Program-made: the position numbers and the translations under genes
Shown here: piece after piece, positions 13,506 through 27,788 of the stretch
Numbering within the stretch: the first letter of the stretch is position 1
Layout: each line of letters starts with the position of its first letter
NCBI GenBank assembly: GCA_046563655.1
Contig: CM102290.1
Coordinates: 13,268,001-13,332,000, forward strand
Direction of reading: 5' to 3'
DNA length: 64,000 bases
Source: Yuukianura sp. NJ FZ-2021
Lineage: Eukaryota
Notes under the pieces: model-generated
What the model saw: only the letters and a program-made list of their open reading frames with translations
The model's database searches: none
Told to the model about the DNA's origin: nothing

Positions 13506-16090
13506 GATGCACCATTTTTTCAAAAATTATTGACTTTAGTTTGTAGTTTTTAGTCTGGTGACAAAATATGTGTCGTCTCCGTACCCATTTGAGTGAAAAC
13601 CATGCGCCAAAAGGATGTTGGTTAGCAATGTTTGACCGAATTTACTACTTTGTAACAATCCAAAATTCCAAACAATCCCATGAAATTGTGTCCTATTATT
13701 TAGTCTTTATTTTCCTTGTATCAACCTCATGTCTTGAAGGAAAAGAAACAAGTTTTGAGACTAGGTTGGTCATGACATGACTATTCAATCCCGAATACAT
13801 ATCGCCTCATCTTCAAAAACCGAGCTAAGACTCTTATTAGCACCATCTTAACTTAACAATGCACAAAGCAATCCACGAGGTACATTTTTAAGGTCCATTC
13901 ATAATTTTTTGAAAAAATTGGCTCTATGCTTTCATTTTTATTCATTTGAAATTGGAGCAGAGCAGAGCAGAATTTCAAAGTAAATCATAAATTGATTGAT
14001 GGGCGTGGCACAGACGAAACCTGCTCATGCTCCTCATAGCATTAAATTGGAAATTGGAAATCGTCCAGCAGGAATTTCGAAATTCAATATGCAAACAAAG
14101 TCGTAAAAAACTACTTCGAATCTGGAGTAACTATAGTTACTTCCGCGTTAACTTTAATGATGGTGACAATTCCAATTAAAATTTGAAAATTTAATTTCGT
14201 TTTTTTTCCTGCATGTTTATTAGATATTTTGAAAGCGTCACTACTGAAAGTGAAAAACATTCAAATGCTAAGCATTTCAAAAAGAAAAGTTGTAAGTTGT
14301 TGAATTTTTAATTTTATGTTTATGAAGCAAGTCTACAAGATTGAGGAAGTTGACTTTGTTTTTGTGCCTTTCGATTGGAAATTTTACTTTCGATACAATT
14401 TCTATCGTAAATCGACCGCTCCAATTAACATATTAACATTTATTAAGTTTAATTAACTCTAAACATGCATTGTTCATTTGCTCAGATTCGGCTGGTAAGT
14501 ATAGTAGTTCATTGACTTTGGTTATCAGATGCTTAATCTTGATTACCATTATGCAGACGTTATGCTTGTTACTTGAGGCTGTACTTTTTAGCACTATATA
14601 GAAGAAGTTTATGCATGCGTGATGCCAGGAAATGATGCAGTTTGACCTTTGATCTCACACATTTTTTTTCAAATTTTCTGATTTCCTTAAATTTTGAAAA
14701 TTTTCAATTTCAAATTTATGTAGACATGATAAACACACATTTACTATTCTTAGCAGATGAAATGGTCAAAATAATTTGATCAACAAGTGAAAATGTCAAC
14801 TGCTACAAATGATAGGTTATTTTCGGTTAGGCTACGTTTTTTTTATGTTTGCTCTTTTCACATTTTGATCAAATTGCATTTAGACAAAATTGTTCCAATA
14901 TTTTTAAGTGAAGTTATCAAAGATAGAAGCGAATGTTGTTGTCACTTTTTGTGTGTCACGGGGTCATGAAGTAGAGATGTGTAAGAATCAATACGATCTT
15001 GAATTTGGCTCTACTGGGGACTTAAAATAGATTTAAATTGTTGACACAAATTGTTGACTCACTTAAGCGTGTCACATCTCTTCTCTTACGACCAAGATCT
15101 CTTAAATTTACTCTGAATTCTATTTTTAGAAACGCACACATTCATACAAACTTTACAAAAAATTTATACAATTCCTTAAATCCAAGTCGACTTAAACTAA
15201 TTTCCTATTTTGTGTCCTTTTGTATCCGACACTGACTTAGATTTGAATCAGAGTAAACAAAACGCATAGCTACGTTGAATCCCAAAATGGCTCAAGAAAA
15301 GATGTTGACAAAAAAAATCAAATTTCTCACTCCTAAATAGCACTAAATTAAATGACGCTTCTAAATCTCCTCTTGACAAGGATGAAAAAGCTTAAGAACC
15401 AGAAAGTTCTTGTTTTCAGATGAAGCGTTGGTGTACCGTTCAATGCAGTTAGAAATAGACGTAATTCGTGACGAAGGAATTGAGTTTCGTTTTAGAAAAA
15501 AATTATCTATGTTTTAAAAATTTATAATTTTTTTTTCAAACTATTTTATAAATTTCATATTATATTCATATCATAAATTATTTGATAATTTTTATTTATA
15601 AATTTGTTTTTTATTTGGAATGTTAATATGTACAGTGCTGATTGATGGTTAGGTCAAGCGTTAAATTTGGTTAAGCGTCTAATACAGTGGCGAGATAATG
15701 GCAGTGTTCAATACAATAAAAACTCACCCCCTCTCCCACCCTCTTTAAGTGTCAAATTTTGATGACTTTTTTAAGAAGTTTAAAATGTTCATTGTCTAAA
15801 ATGTTTAAAGTTTTTATTGTTTTACATTTCTAGGATTTCGACCGGTCAGTGACCCCAATAACCATCGTGTGGTCATATCAAATCACAAAGTGCTAAACTA
15901 AAAACTCGCTGTTCACGCTGTGCTGTTCAACATCTAAAACTGTGTCCCAATTTCTCTACTATTCACTTCCCTCTTGTTGAAGTTCAGCCGATCTGTCACA
16001 ATCTTCGCCGTTCTGGATTTTGCCATAAAGTTCAAAAGTTAAAAAAAGTGAAAATATTGCTGAAAACTTCATTGTTTCCAAGGGAACAAA

Positions 16091-19000
16091 ATGTCTTCGT
16101 GTGAAATGAAGCGATCTTCCTACTACGTTCTGTTCCTCGGAGCCAAGGAGAGCAAAGGGCTACGAGGGGAGCACTATATTGAGCCAGTACTTCAGTACTT
16201 GGTAGCACAAGAACATCGGATGCAAGCACTCAAAGTGACACTGCAGATCAGTAACAAAGGACTCCGCATAATTCCGTCAAGTCTCAAGGTCACGTCCACC
16301 GAATCCGAAACTGAGAAACACTTCATTCCATATTCGGCCATCACATGCGTATTCCAGGCCCCGCCTCCAAATGACGACATTGTTTCAACCATCCTCATGA
16401 TCTACAATCCTGACACGAATTGTCCCGTACATGTACATTGTTACAGGTAAGTTGTTTTTTGGACATGCGCGTGCGCATCTTCTGAAAATATTACAACTAC
16501 TGACCTTATTGTGGGTACTAGGTCACGTTATTTCAAAGAATTCTGAACATTCAAATTATGTCAACTTTCATGTACAGTAAAACCTCTCATTTGGAAACTT
16601 TTTTGCTCGTTCACGAGACGGTTGAATGCCGTAAAAGTTCAGTTTTTGAGTTGATGTCAACAAATTAAATTTTGGAGCTTTGGGTGTCCCAATGTTTCCA
16701 ATGTGCTGTACTCATAGCATTTACAGTAGCCGCTAATAACTTTTGAACCAACTAACCAATCAGAGCGAGTTTCCAATTGAGAGGTTTTACTGTATTAGTA
16801 TTTAAGAACTTTTTTCGTATACTCTCTTTTAATTATAGATATTTGTACACTTGAGAGCGGGGTTACTAAATTGGAATTGGAAAACCGTTGCTTTCGCTTA
16901 TGCTAAACATTTTTAATTTTAGCTTTCCACTCATGAAGTTTGGTTATTTAAAAATTTGAAATGGAAATTTGCCTGAGTAGAAGTAATAATAACAACTTTA
17001 CTGTTAACTTGCACTTTAAGTGACTTACAAGCCCATTTCACTTACTATTAGAGAGAGTGATGAAGAGAGAATTTTAAAGAGGATGACCTCGGAAATTAGC
17101 TCTTGACTCCTTGATGCAAATCTTTACAAAATTTAATAACGGTACAAGTAAGCTAACGATTCGCTCCAAGTGCCAAAAAAGGCTAATTCTAATCATGGGC
17201 TACACTTAACATCGAATCAATTATTTCACTGCATCGCAAATTTCCAATCTTCAATTTGAGTACTTTTGCCAATTGAAACGCCTGTTGAGCCAAATAGTTA
17301 ACGCAAATGCTCCTTTAACGTGCATGGCATTTTAAACTTATAATTTGGAATTTATCAAGGTTCCTTGACAACGAAATTGTATTTCCTACAACAGGTTGTC
17401 CAATAACTCAGGGTTTTCAAAAATCTTGCTTCAAAAACTTTTAGCACCAATTTTGTTTATACATTTTTCCCCGTTTTTTTCAAACCTTGAACACTTGAAA
17501 TCGCATAGGAATAAAAGAAAAGTGTAAAAAAAAAATTCAAAAATTGCCATGGACATGGAGGCGAAGTTTAACCCGTTTGATTTTTGAAAATTTGGGCAAA
17601 AAATTGAAAAGCCCGAGTTATTGAACAACCTGGTGTAGAAAAAACATTTTATTTGTTTACGCACCTTGGAATTTACTTTTTAAAATATGTTGTTGTTTTT
17701 TGCTTTTCAGATGTGATTCGTCCGAAACTGCTTCCGTTCTTAAAAGTCAATTAGAAACTTTAGTCAATCGGGAAGACAATCAAAGGAAATTTCGAGACAT
17801 TGAGTCAAAGCTACAATCAAAAGGACTTCTATCCTGTCCAAGTCCTACAAGGCGACCGACACCCGATTTTGACTGTCTAACGTCCGATTCGTCGGAAAAT
17901 TCCGACCGCGGTTTCGGTTCCGGTTCCGGAACGTCGAACCTAACGTCAGACCGTGTCGCTTCACTCTACGACTCACTAGCTGCAGAACTTCGAGCCAAAC
18001 TAAATGTCGGGCGGAAACGAAACACACCGCTCCTGCTGCCTCCACGTGACTATGACACGATGCATCGTCAGCGTGGGAATTTGAGCGGCATAGAGTCTCG
18101 GCGTTGCTCGAATCCGGCCGTCGTCGGGCCGAATGGTGAAGGTCAACGGACTAGACGCTCTTATGCCTCGAGGGAACAGGAGTCCTGTGGTCGATCCAGT
18201 GGAATTGGCTCGGCGGAAGACAATGGAAGTCCAATTCATGACCCATTGTTGGACTCTCAGCAGCTTCAATCCTCTTCTGATGGTAAGAGACAACAAAAAA
18301 AGTAATTAGAACTTGATTGTTTCAGGCTTAAGTGTCTTGCGGAGTTGCAGCAGCAGCAGACTAATGGACCGTACACAGTTTTTCACACGGTTCATCATGA
18401 TTCATGACGAAAAAGTTCCTCTATTGCACTTCGTGCACTTACAGTTACCGAAAGTTTTGACTCTCACAGAGCAATCATCATCATCTTCATCACTGATAAA
18501 TAAAAAAAAATCCGTAGGGACCAAACTATGACTGTAATGGCAGCACGCCATTACTCCGAAAGAATAGTTCCGATATAAATTGCTCCGAATGAATTGCCGC
18601 AAAACAAATTGCTTCAAAAGACTATTTGCTCCGAAATTGAATTAATTTGCATTAAAGCAATTACCGTTAAATAGGTTAGGCAATAAATGGTAAGGCTAAA
18701 TTTGGTTATGCTAACAATCATGAATGAGATTAGTCTTGGTTGAGTTAACATAAGCATACGATTAAGCTAAAAAATTATTTTTTTTTAGCAATCTGAGTTT
18801 CGGAGTAATTGGTTTCGTGGTAATTTATTCGGAGCCTATACCTTTCGGAACAATTCATTCGGAAGAATGGCATGAAATAGACTCTAATATTTCCGCATTT
18901 CGAATTATTGCAAAAATTAAGTTTTTTATTAATTTGAGTCAGGGGCCTAAAAACTTATTGATGGTCAATGGGGAAATCATTTAATTTGACTTATCGTCAA

Positions 19001-22000
19001 GTACCGTTGAAGATAAAGTGGCAAAAGACTTCATCTTTGTACAAGGACGTGGGAGAACTTAAGAACGTTTCAAAAAAAAAGTTGAATGCGGGCTGTAAAA
19101 TTGCATGTGTGAAGTGCAATTTTGAAGCGAAAAAAATTTTTACTACAACTTTCCTACTGGTATACACAAAGGAAACGGTTCCGGCATTAGTGTAGTATAT
19201 TATTAATGGATAAAGTTCAGGATCATTAGGGTCAATTTTGTAACATTTAGGCTTACATTTTTTTAACAACGTGAGGAATTCGTTCGTGTTGTTACACATT
19301 ATAAAACGACGACATTCCTACCAAAATTTCAACAAACCATAAAAGTTTGAAATTTAGAAATCGTCCCTACAGCAAGACTTTCGCACTTACTTGGCTACCT
19401 AACTTCCAATAATGTAAAACATAACTTACCAATTGACAGATTACAAATTACATAAAGATATGGTTGAATTTTCAAATTTACAAAGTTTCATATGTCAATA
19501 GGGAGATTGCGTTATGACTAATTTATAGAATTTATTTAATTTATGAAGTCCTGCCTCTTTCCACCCCCTGCAACCCGTTTTGTGTTACGGCTCCCGCTAT
19601 TGGTCGATTTCAAATCTATGACGTCACTTTGCAAACTTTTTTCCTTATAGAACGTATGAGTGTGTTTATAAATTTAAATCCGAAATGTTCAAAAATTCAA
19701 AAGTTTGAAAAATGACGTCACTTCCCGCCATAAATCTTATACTTTCTATAAATTCTATAAATTATTTAATAACGCAACCTTTTCAATATTTGCGGGAAGT
19801 TCAGTTTTAAAAACTAAAAAAGAGCATTTTACTCCTGATTTCTGTTTTTGAATCGTGACAATCATCTTAATTGGACTGCAACTAGGGGTCGGAATCCGGA
19901 GCGGTTTCTTAAAATCCGGATTTCGGATTTTGACGGATTTCAATCCTGAAATCCAGATTTAAATCCGGATTTCAATTTCTGTGTTAACTCCCATAAGAAA
20001 TTCAAAATTGGTTTAAGCTGTCAGAAATGCAGGTTGGAAACACTCGTAGCTAAAACCTTGATGATAAACTCGGCGTGTTTATTTTTTGAATCAAATTACT
20101 AGTGTTGAAAAAAAATGAAACATTGGCACAACATTGGCACAACATTAGCACAACATTTGCACAACATTAGCACAACATTGGCACAACATTGGCACAACAT
20201 TGGCACAACATTGGCACAACATTGGCACAACATTGGCACAACATTGGCACAACATTAGCACAACATTAGCACAACATTGGCACAACATTAGCACAATATT
20301 GGCACAACATTGCCACAACATTAGCACAACATTAGCACAACATTGGCACAACATTAGCACAATATTGGCACAACATTGCCACAACATTAGCACAACATTG
20401 GCACAACATTAGCACAACATTGGCACAACATTAGCACAACATTGGCACAACATTAGCACAACATTGGCACAACATTAGCACAACATTGGCAGAACATTAG
20501 CACAACATTGGCACAACAATACAAAATACGGTATTTTACGAACCCTGAAATTGAGTAAATCTGAGGTTGGCTATTTTTTTTGATACCGCACATGCCCTCG
20601 AATAGCTCTTATAATCCGTAGAAATCCGGATTTCAGTATTTAAAAATCCGGATTTCGGATAATCCGAATCCGTCAAAAATCCGGATTTGAATCCGGAGCC
20701 AAAATCCGGATTCCGACCCCTAACTGCAACTCAGCAACACTTTATCAAAGTTGCGACAACTAAGTTTGAGGTGTCAATTACTTAAAAATGGAGAAACTTT
20801 ACCATTTTATTTGTCCTCGTTCTTAAATGGTCGTTGCATTTTGTTAATTCCCATAATTTATCAAGACCTCATATAAAATAGATTTCTACTTATTTTTCAT
20901 ATTACTCATAAATATTAGCACGTTTCATCATAACTCCTTCTTTGCTCCAAAAAATAGTTGACTTAACCTAATTTTCCCTAAGAGGATCGTTTCTTATCAA
21001 AAACTTTTTCAATTTCTATAAAACTTTCAAAAATTTGAGTTTTTTATGTCTGGAGGGTAATAAACTGTTGTTCTTTCACACCAGTATTTTCAGTATTTAT
21101 GTTTCATGAAAAATAAGTAATCTGACACAATGTCTAAAGCAATTAATGAACAATTCAACAAAAGAAATGTACAGGTGTAATTACTTTATCTATTTTTTAT
21201 TAAGCGAGTACGTCTGTCATGTAAAAAAAAACCAAGCAAAAACGTCTTCTTGAGAAATCTTTTACAAAAGATGAACATAACCTTGCGGAATCGGAAAATT
21301 ATAAACATGAAAAAACAGATTTAGAAAAAAATTCCGCGGTTTTCAAATCCGTTATTGTGGCGGCTTTGTAGTACTTTTTTTTTGTAGGTCATTGCACTCT
21401 GGTCTCTTCTGTACTGCATTGTTGAAGACAGGCGGAAGAAGATATCTTTTTGATAGCGTTAGGTTTAGGCGTTCTTCTGAACTGAAACTGACAAAAGTCT
21501 CTCCATTGTTTGCAAACTCCACTTGCGACACCAAGGATTTTGTTGGTGGAAGTTTTAAAATCATGTACTCCTCAAGTATCCCCCCAACAATGTTTTCAAG
21601 TCCACCGAAGCGACCAACAACAATTTCAAATATTGGTCGGGAAACATTTGGCTTTTTCCAAATCCACGTTCTTCTTCCATCATCCTTAAATACACTATGG
21701 AACGGCGTGGGAAAATAAAAATGTTTCCTCAAATGTTCAATTTTGACTTGGGTTCAGATATTTTTGTCCCTGGAAACATCATTAGAAAAGCTCGCTCCGC
21801 TGCACAACTGATTATAACATCCCTCTCAACACTTTTTGTTTTGTAGAAAAATCAACATTTCACGTTTCCTCGAAAGTTTGTTTAAATAAACGGTTGTAAA
21901 CCGGTGTACGTAAGTAGCGAAAGATGAAAAATTGGCACTTCATTAAGCCAATGGCTCTCCATGCATAGTGAACCCATGACAGACAGACAGACGAGGTCAA

Positions 22001-25000
22001 ACTATAAAGTTGCTTCCGCAACTTAAATAGTAACAGGTAGAGGTGTTAGCAAGCGGTAGGAGGACTTAGTTTTTGTTGAATGAGTTTCGTAGTTAAAAAT
22101 ATCATAAATTTTAGGTAATCAAACGTATTTTTTTATTCAAACAATATTTTTTCGATTTTGTATTATGAATTGTGTACTTAAAATGTGCAAAATGTCCCTG
22201 AAGCAGAACAGAAGTTCGAGGAGATAAAAACAAAAGAAGAAAAGTTTCGTTTTCTTTGCGACTTCTGAAGCATGAAAGATGTGGGTTGCATATTTTGATT
22301 GGTGGTGTAGATTAGAACGCACAATTTTGCACCCACTTTTCCTTTCAAAGTTCCCTTCTCCCCTCTTGATTGTTTCCGGTTAATTTCAAATTTTGGCAAA
22401 TTTTAACCAAGACGAATTTCACCTGTAGCCATTTTTTGTCTGTAAAAGGAAAAAATAGGATGAAGGTGTCTGGCACTTAAGCCGTAGAGGGAGATTGTAC
22501 TTTCAAGAAATTTGAGACACCTTGCCAAAAAAATTTTTTTGGAAGTAGACTGTGTGTAACTATTTAATAGGATTAGTGTAGACAGAGATGACTTAAGAAG
22601 TTTATGGGAAAAAGCTAGTTTCATTATGATTGATGGCAGCTCCATAAGTTCATGTAAAGTGAAGAAATTTTTAACCTTTCAAAAGTTTTTTGTCATTTGA
22701 AAAATTTGCGTTCTTTAACAAAGGTCAACTTCAGCCCACTTTAGTTTCCAAAAAGTTTATGATGGTTTGATGCCAAGCGTTTCACAATATTTGCTTTAAA
22801 CTTTTTTTTTTCATAGGTACACGCCGTTTTGTGTTTTCGCAATGTACTTTTTCCGTAGTGGATTTTTTCCATATAAAGTTGAGTTTAGATCATAATCGTA
22901 AAATTTGTGTATTTTAGAATACAATTCGGGTTTTACTGCCATATTTTGTAGCAATTTGTACTTCAAAACACTTTTCACTAACACATCAGTAAATTTTTGA
23001 ATTCTGTCACAAAAAACTTCAATTCGACACTAAATAGGTCGTAAAGTTGTCAAAATTGCTTTAAAAAATGATTTTGGCTTATAATTTTTGAAAAAATTTG
23101 GAATAATGAGGTGTTTTTGTGAACAACTAAATATAATTTTGGAATAAACGGGATTCTGTTGTTGATCTGCACAGTACAAATAAAAATAAAAAAAATAGTC
23201 AAAGTAATAATTTTGAAAAATGAAAAATGTTTTTGTGTGAATTCAAATTTGAATTTTGGAACCCACGAAAGTTGAAATTTAGAAAAACTTTGAAAGGTAA
23301 GTAGTGGACAAAACTGCGTGGGTTTCAGTTGATTCTAAGGAAACTAGGAGGTCAACAATGGATATCCCCCTTGACCCACAAATCTGTGACATCATTGTCC
23401 TAAATCTTTCCCTTAAGTTAACAAGTGAGAGCAACATTTTTTCAGGAAAAACAGTTTTAAGTGTACGCATCAATTTGCGACACTCCTTCCTTTTTTTGCA
23501 GCGTCATAGATTGAAAGACAAACAATCTGTGATATGTTCAGCAATTTATTTTGGTGACCTGCTGAAACGGATTTCCATTTAGGTTTCCCTATCTTTTCCC
23601 ACCGAATTTGGATTGACAATTACTTGGTCGTTAGGAAACAAAACCGTTGAAAAACTGAGTTAAAGGACATGTCCGGATAAGAGATTTCTGGGCCCTCGCG
23701 AAGCCTTGCATTGCGTGAGATAGGAGTTGAGATGAGAGAAATGAATGGGAGCAAATCACCATGTAACTTCTCTTATCCCACACCATGCAAAACTCCCATT
23801 GGGCCCAGCTCCCATCTCTTTCTTAAGCTTATCCGGACATGTCCTTTACAGTGGAATAGAACCCCTACGATGCCAAGAACATTAAAAAAGTTTAGATCTT
23901 TTATAGTATGAACCACTGATTCGCTCTTCCTCCTGCGCAAACTCTATTTTGTGCCAATTTCCCATTTAAAAAAAAGTTAGTCAATAGGAGTTGATTCTGC
24001 TTCTTAACTGCCAAAATCCAAAGCGGTAGGGAATTGTAGTACAGTAAAACCTCTAATTCAGAAACTAGCCCTCATTGGTTTGTTAGTTCAAAACTTTTTC
24101 GCGCCTACAGCAAACTTCCTGAGTGCATAGGATATATTGGATCACACAAAGGGCCAACAGTTCATTTGCTTTGTAACTTAAAAGTTGCTCAAAAACTTAA
24201 CTTTTACGGTACTCAGCACCCGCGTTATAAATAAAACAGCAAAACAAACGTTTCCAAATGAGAGGTTTTACTGTAGTGTGAACTAGAAAATAAAAGAACA
24301 AAGGCACAATTAAAGATGTCACCAATTTATTTCTTTGGCTCTTCCAACCAATTTCTGCCCACATCATCACTTCCATTTCTAAAGGCCATCATAAATTAAC
24401 GCCGTTTTCAGTGTTTTAGTCACCCCCTGTTCCGTCTGACCCAATTCGACTATTTTGGCAAATCCTTAACGTCTGACACCTTTGACAATAATTGTTCTGT
24501 TCAAATTTAGATTTAGGAATGGAATGATTCTAAGAGAAAGTCAGGTGAAATTAGCAAAAATAAAAGCAGCATGGGGGTTCTCACTGATTAAAAATTTTTA
24601 AATGAAAGTTCTAATTATGTCGTTCAATGATGCAAAATTTTAATGTATTAAATTTTAAATACACTAGGGTACCAAATTGGGAAACTCATCTGATTCGCTG
24701 TCGCTTGAAAAACCTACCGCCCCATTACCGTAAAAGTTCAAAAATAAGTTAGGAGTGAGAGTGTTTTGGGATGAATGTTGGATGTTAGTAGTTTACAATT
24801 GACTTTCCTCCAAAACTCAAACCCTTACGGTATCTCTTCCATGAGAAAAAGTGAGAAAAGAGTTTCCAAATTTGGTCCTCCAGTGTAGTGAAATTATTAT
24901 TTTTGAAGCCTTATTTTTTTTATTTATTTTTTTTTTGCAGACGAGGACTGGAATCAGACACAAGTCGTTGCTACCGAAAGCTCTCAGTTTTTGGTGCGAC

Positions 25001-25916
25001 CCTCTTGGCCTGTCACAAAGTCATCACCGCCATCGTCTGCCCCGGCACAACCCACGTCCTTACCGCTTCCGCCTCCACTTCCGAAGAGACCCGAACTAAG
25101 ACAAAGATCACCCGCTGTCGCTGCCCCACCTCCGCTCCCAGTCTTTTCTCGTGAAAAATTTGAAGGAGTTCGCCAAAAATGGGAAAAAATGGATCACCAG
25201 TACGTCGTGAAACAAAAGTCTCATGACAGTTTGGACGAGGGATACCGTTCACGAGAAGCCGTTGAGGCTGACTACAGGTTCCAGCATTACTTTCCACATC
25301 ATATTAAGTCGAATTTAACCCGAGTTGAAGCTAATCATTGTAATTTTATGTTTTCAGGAGACAATTATCAAGAGAAACTCTGCTGCGATCTCTGAGCCGA
25401 TCCAAAGCAGGATCTAGGGACAGTCTAGACCGTTGGGTGGAAAATGGCGTCCGCTCTCGCGGAATCTGGCGAAAACTGGACGAGGAGCCTCACGGACCAT
25501 GCGCAGTACCGGAGTCAAAGTTTGGACCGGTTCAGCCTGGCAGATTTTCGCCACTGACGCCCACTGGCAAACCAAATAAGCAGTACTTGCCATCGGACAA
25601 ATCCCAACGAACTCCTCCCAATGTCATGCCAAATGGAAACAAAAGCAGAAACAAGGAACCGACGACTCTTCCGTCCTCTAGCCATGCAGCCCGTATGGAT
25701 CCGAAACGGAGTTTTCTTGGTTCTAAAGACAAGTCATACAAAGAGCTCGGAGAACAAGAACGATTTCCCGGGTTAGACCGTGATACGGCTCGCTCACTTC
25801 ATTCCAGCAGTCAAAACTTGAGTCAGCACATCTACTCCGAACCTTCATTTGACAGTCATCGTTCTAACCATTCCATTAGCAAACCCAAGAAGTTCTCATT
25901 TGCTTTCTGGAAATGA
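16091..25916 (+). CDS. PTB/PID-like domain, proline-rich adaptor protein A, ~607 aa; exons 16091-16446, 17711-18282, 24941-25277, 25358-25916
   Basis: All four exons join in frame through GT-AG sites (donor at 25278 is weak, AG|GTTCCA). N-terminus has a PTB-like pattern: YYVLFLGAKES, helix, KVTLQISNKGLRI, HFIPYSAITCV, VHVHCYRCDSSETA. Later LLLPPRDYD and polyproline tracts. Acceptor at 15833 suggests upstream UTR exons. Confidence 0.8.
16575..16792. mobile_element. CAGTA-family pogo/Tc1-type MITE (intronic)
   Basis: TA|CAGTAAAACCTCTCATTTGGAAAC .. GTTTCCAATTGAGAGGTTTTACTG|TA. Confidence 0.85.
17356..17668. mobile_element. P-like CAAGG MITE (intronic)
   Basis: CAAGG..CCTTG ends; TSD GAATTTAT/GAATTTAC. 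Confidence 0.8.
18544..18875. mobile_element. MITE with TIRs and multiple sub-terminal (T)CCGAA/TTCGG repeats; internal TTAGG-like motifs
   Basis: CACGCCATTACTCCGAA pairs with TTCGGAAGAATGGCATG; CCGAA motifs repeat on the left and TTCGG motifs on the right. Confidence 0.6.
19883..20722. mobile_element. hAT-like non-autonomous element containing an 11-bp minisatellite (copy 1)
   Basis: TIR TAGGGGTCGGAATCCGGA / TCCGGATTCCGACCCCTA; perfect 8-bp TSD ACTGCAAC; AAATCCGGATTT sub-terminal repeats. Confidence 0.9.
20119..20518. repeat. 11-bp minisatellite AACATT(G/A)GCAC, ~36 units
   Basis: Directly visible array inside the hAT-like element. Confidence 0.95.
21978..22027 (-). mobile_element. DINE-1/HINE-like (Helentron-related) 5' end
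   Basis: Minus strand: TTT-AAGTTGC-GGAA-GCAACTT hairpin followed by (GTCT)n; same layout at 29154 and 47718. Confidence 0.5.
23664..23845. mobile_element. MITE with AGG..CCT ends and TTAA-like flanks (Kolobok-like)
   Basis: TTAA|AGGACATGTCCGGATAAG .. CTTATCCGGACATGTCCT|TTAC; perfect 18-bp TIR. Superfamily inferred from termini only. Confidence 0.7.
24042..24273. mobile_element. CAGTA-family MITE
   Basis: TA|CAGTAAAACCTCT .. AGAGGTTTTACTG|TA. Confidence 0.8.
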
Positions 25917-26174
25917 GCACAATAGAGACACTTTTCACCAGAGTTAGGCCGACTGCTTCAACTTTTCTGTAATTGATCGAGTCAAGGCATAATGGATTAA
26001 TTTTGTAAATGCTAATTAATAATAATTATGACTTAGTTTTAGTACCGGGCTATTCAATATTGTTAATTTATGGGGAGAATGTTATATCTAATCCTCGGAT
26101 TGAACTAACCGCTCAACTTGTAACTTTTCTGAATTACAAAAAAAAGTTGTCGTCTTAAATGCAATTTTTAGGTA

Positions 26175-26352
26175 CAGTAGAACCCCTTCATTACGCAATT
26201 TTTAGTTCCGCTCCTACTGACGTAGAGATACCGTAAAACTTATGTTTTTGGCGGGATTTCGGTTGTAAACAAAACAAAACGCTATGTCCTATATCTCATG
26301 TATGTTAGAATTTGCAGAATCAGAACATGTTGCGCAATGAGAGGTTCGACTG
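26175..26352. mobile_element. CAGTA-family MITE
   Basis: TA|CAGTAGAACC..CATTACGCAA / TTGCGCAATGAGAGGTTCGACTG|TA; body similar to 43159 and 59300. Confidence 0.8.
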
Positions 26353-27788
26353 TATTTATTTGAAATCCGTCCAACGACTGTTGCTAGCACAGCAAATTCA
26401 AAAACATTTTTTCATATCTGAGATGATTTTTATAAATTTGGAGCATTCTCCCTAATAAAGTAAAAAAAAGTCTCAATTGTTGAGCTTGGATTTTATAAGC
26501 ATGGAGTTTTAGTATTTTACTGTAAAAGTAAAAATATGTTCTCAACTTGCACTTTGGAATATTATAGTTAAATATTAGTTTAACATTACTTAATATCAAT
26601 ATAATTAGTACTTATGAGTATAAAATTTAGTTTTTAACATCACTACAAATTCAAATTAATGTTGACAGAGAATTCCATGCTCTTCGGTGTATTATGGAAG
26701 TGAAAATGTACCAGTATAAGCACTTTTAACTGATGTAACGCAAATCACGCAACTGCTAACAACTTGAAACTTAAATTGGATCATTACTACTATGTACAAC
26801 AGGACATTTGATAAATTTGTCTCCTGAAATAGGCAACTTAGCGTGTTAGAATAAATGACCGATAATGTTAAGCTGTGCGGTAGGTTTATTTTTAAAGCTG
26901 GTTCAAAAATTCCATCCAGAAGGTTACCTATGATTTTCGTTTTTGCTTTTTTTTTGCGTTGAAAAATAACGAATTTGAGCAAAAAACAAAAACAGAGTAG
27001 TTTTGAACACCTCAAGTAATTGTAATTGCAGCAGTTTTATATTTCCAAATTCTTGTCTTTGAGTTGTATACTAACATGAAGTTAATATGAATAACACGGT
27101 GTAACCAAAAATACTTCTTTTAGTAAAATAAGAAAAAAAGGGCCATTTTTGCGAAAATTTGAATGTCACATCCGAAATTTTAAACTTGACAAAACTGGGG
27201 TTTGGCTAACTTTTAGCTGCTACATGTATTTGTCAATACAAAATTTATGAATTGTAATCTTTAAGAAAATTTGACAGTTACATTTTAATTTTGAAAATGT
27301 AATTTGAACATATAAAATAGAGAATCACTACTACGTAAGTTATAAAGTTAAGACGAGGGAGTCATTGCACTGAAACACTATCATTTTAGTCTAATTTAGT
27401 CTAAAGTGAGTCTAAAACTAAACTAAATCGTTTAATAAAATAAGATAATACGAATGCTATAGACAATCAACATAACAATGTAGGCTAAAATTTATTGTTT
27501 ACATGGGTGTGTTACTTCTTAGTAGACGACTTCTAATAAATCAATTACGAATTATAGATGCCTTTTTATGGAATTGATTTTTCCTTGAAATTATTTCATC
27601 TCGTGACCTCTGAGCTTGTTTCAAACCAATAAATTATCAAAAAATTCCATTTCGCGTGAAATTGAGAACGCCCCAATACAAACGCTACTGAACTTCCGTT
27701 TTCTTTACAATTTCTAGAATAAATTGGTGTGACATTGGTTTAGTCTCCTACGTATTTTTTAAAGATACAAACCATAATAACGAGATTA

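Noticed and set aside
20145..20412. Repetitive ORFs (AQHWHNIGTTL / LCQCCANVV), also at 56548-57107
   Set aside because: Translation artefacts of the 11-bp minisatellite inside a non-autonomous transposon.
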